DNA of 64,000 nucleotides from an uncultured Methanosarcinaceae archaeon (GTDB taxonomy: Archaea > Halobacteriota > Methanosarcinia > Methanosarcinales > Methanosarcinaceae), in contig CAWJYV010000010.1 of assembly GCA_963847185.1 (NCBI GenBank), positions 192,001 through 256,000 of the forward strand. The letters run 5' to 3'. The notes under the pieces are model-generated. The model saw nothing but the letters and a program-made list of their open reading frames with translations, did no database searches and was not told the DNA's origin. Position numbers and translations under genes: made by a program. Below are positions 63,891-64,000 of this stretch, piece after piece; position 1 is the stretch's first letter, and the number at the start of each line of letters is the position of its first letter.

Positions 63891-64000
63891 CTCTATCGTT
63901 TTCGCTAAATGCTACTCATGAACCCCATTCAATATTAGCATTTAGAACTACATGTTATAGAACATCTGTCATATATAAAACATAAATGGAAATGATTTTT

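Overview
Chromosomal window of a methanogenic archaeon, almost certainly Methanosarcina, judged from the pyrrolysine-containing mtbB with mtbC and a permease, gamma carbonic anhydrase Cam, and a methanoredoxin/ferredoxin:disulfide reductase pair. In order: partial rsgA; a type I restriction-modification locus whose hsdM has lost its 5' end; sodC bracketed by two copies of a hairpin repeat; the mtbC-mtbB(Pyl)-permease cluster, with one in-frame TGA in the permease; an AAA ATPase; a five-gene SipW/TasA-like secreted-fibre cluster; an IS hotspot (IS5 remnants and an IS1634 inserted in a YIP1 pseudogene); pheT; an IS1; a large C1A protease; MFS/MarR; two CNNM proteins; housekeeping and redox genes; and a peptide-modifying radical SAM/SPASM gene. 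The radical SAM gene is followed by an unannotated locus with a 36-aa membrane micro-ORF, long hairpins and three 88-bp-period stem-loop repeats whose G-U pattern points to a + strand RNA. Several unannotated small ORFs, a MITE family and other structured intergenic elements are also present. Family names come from motif recognition only; no searches were run.
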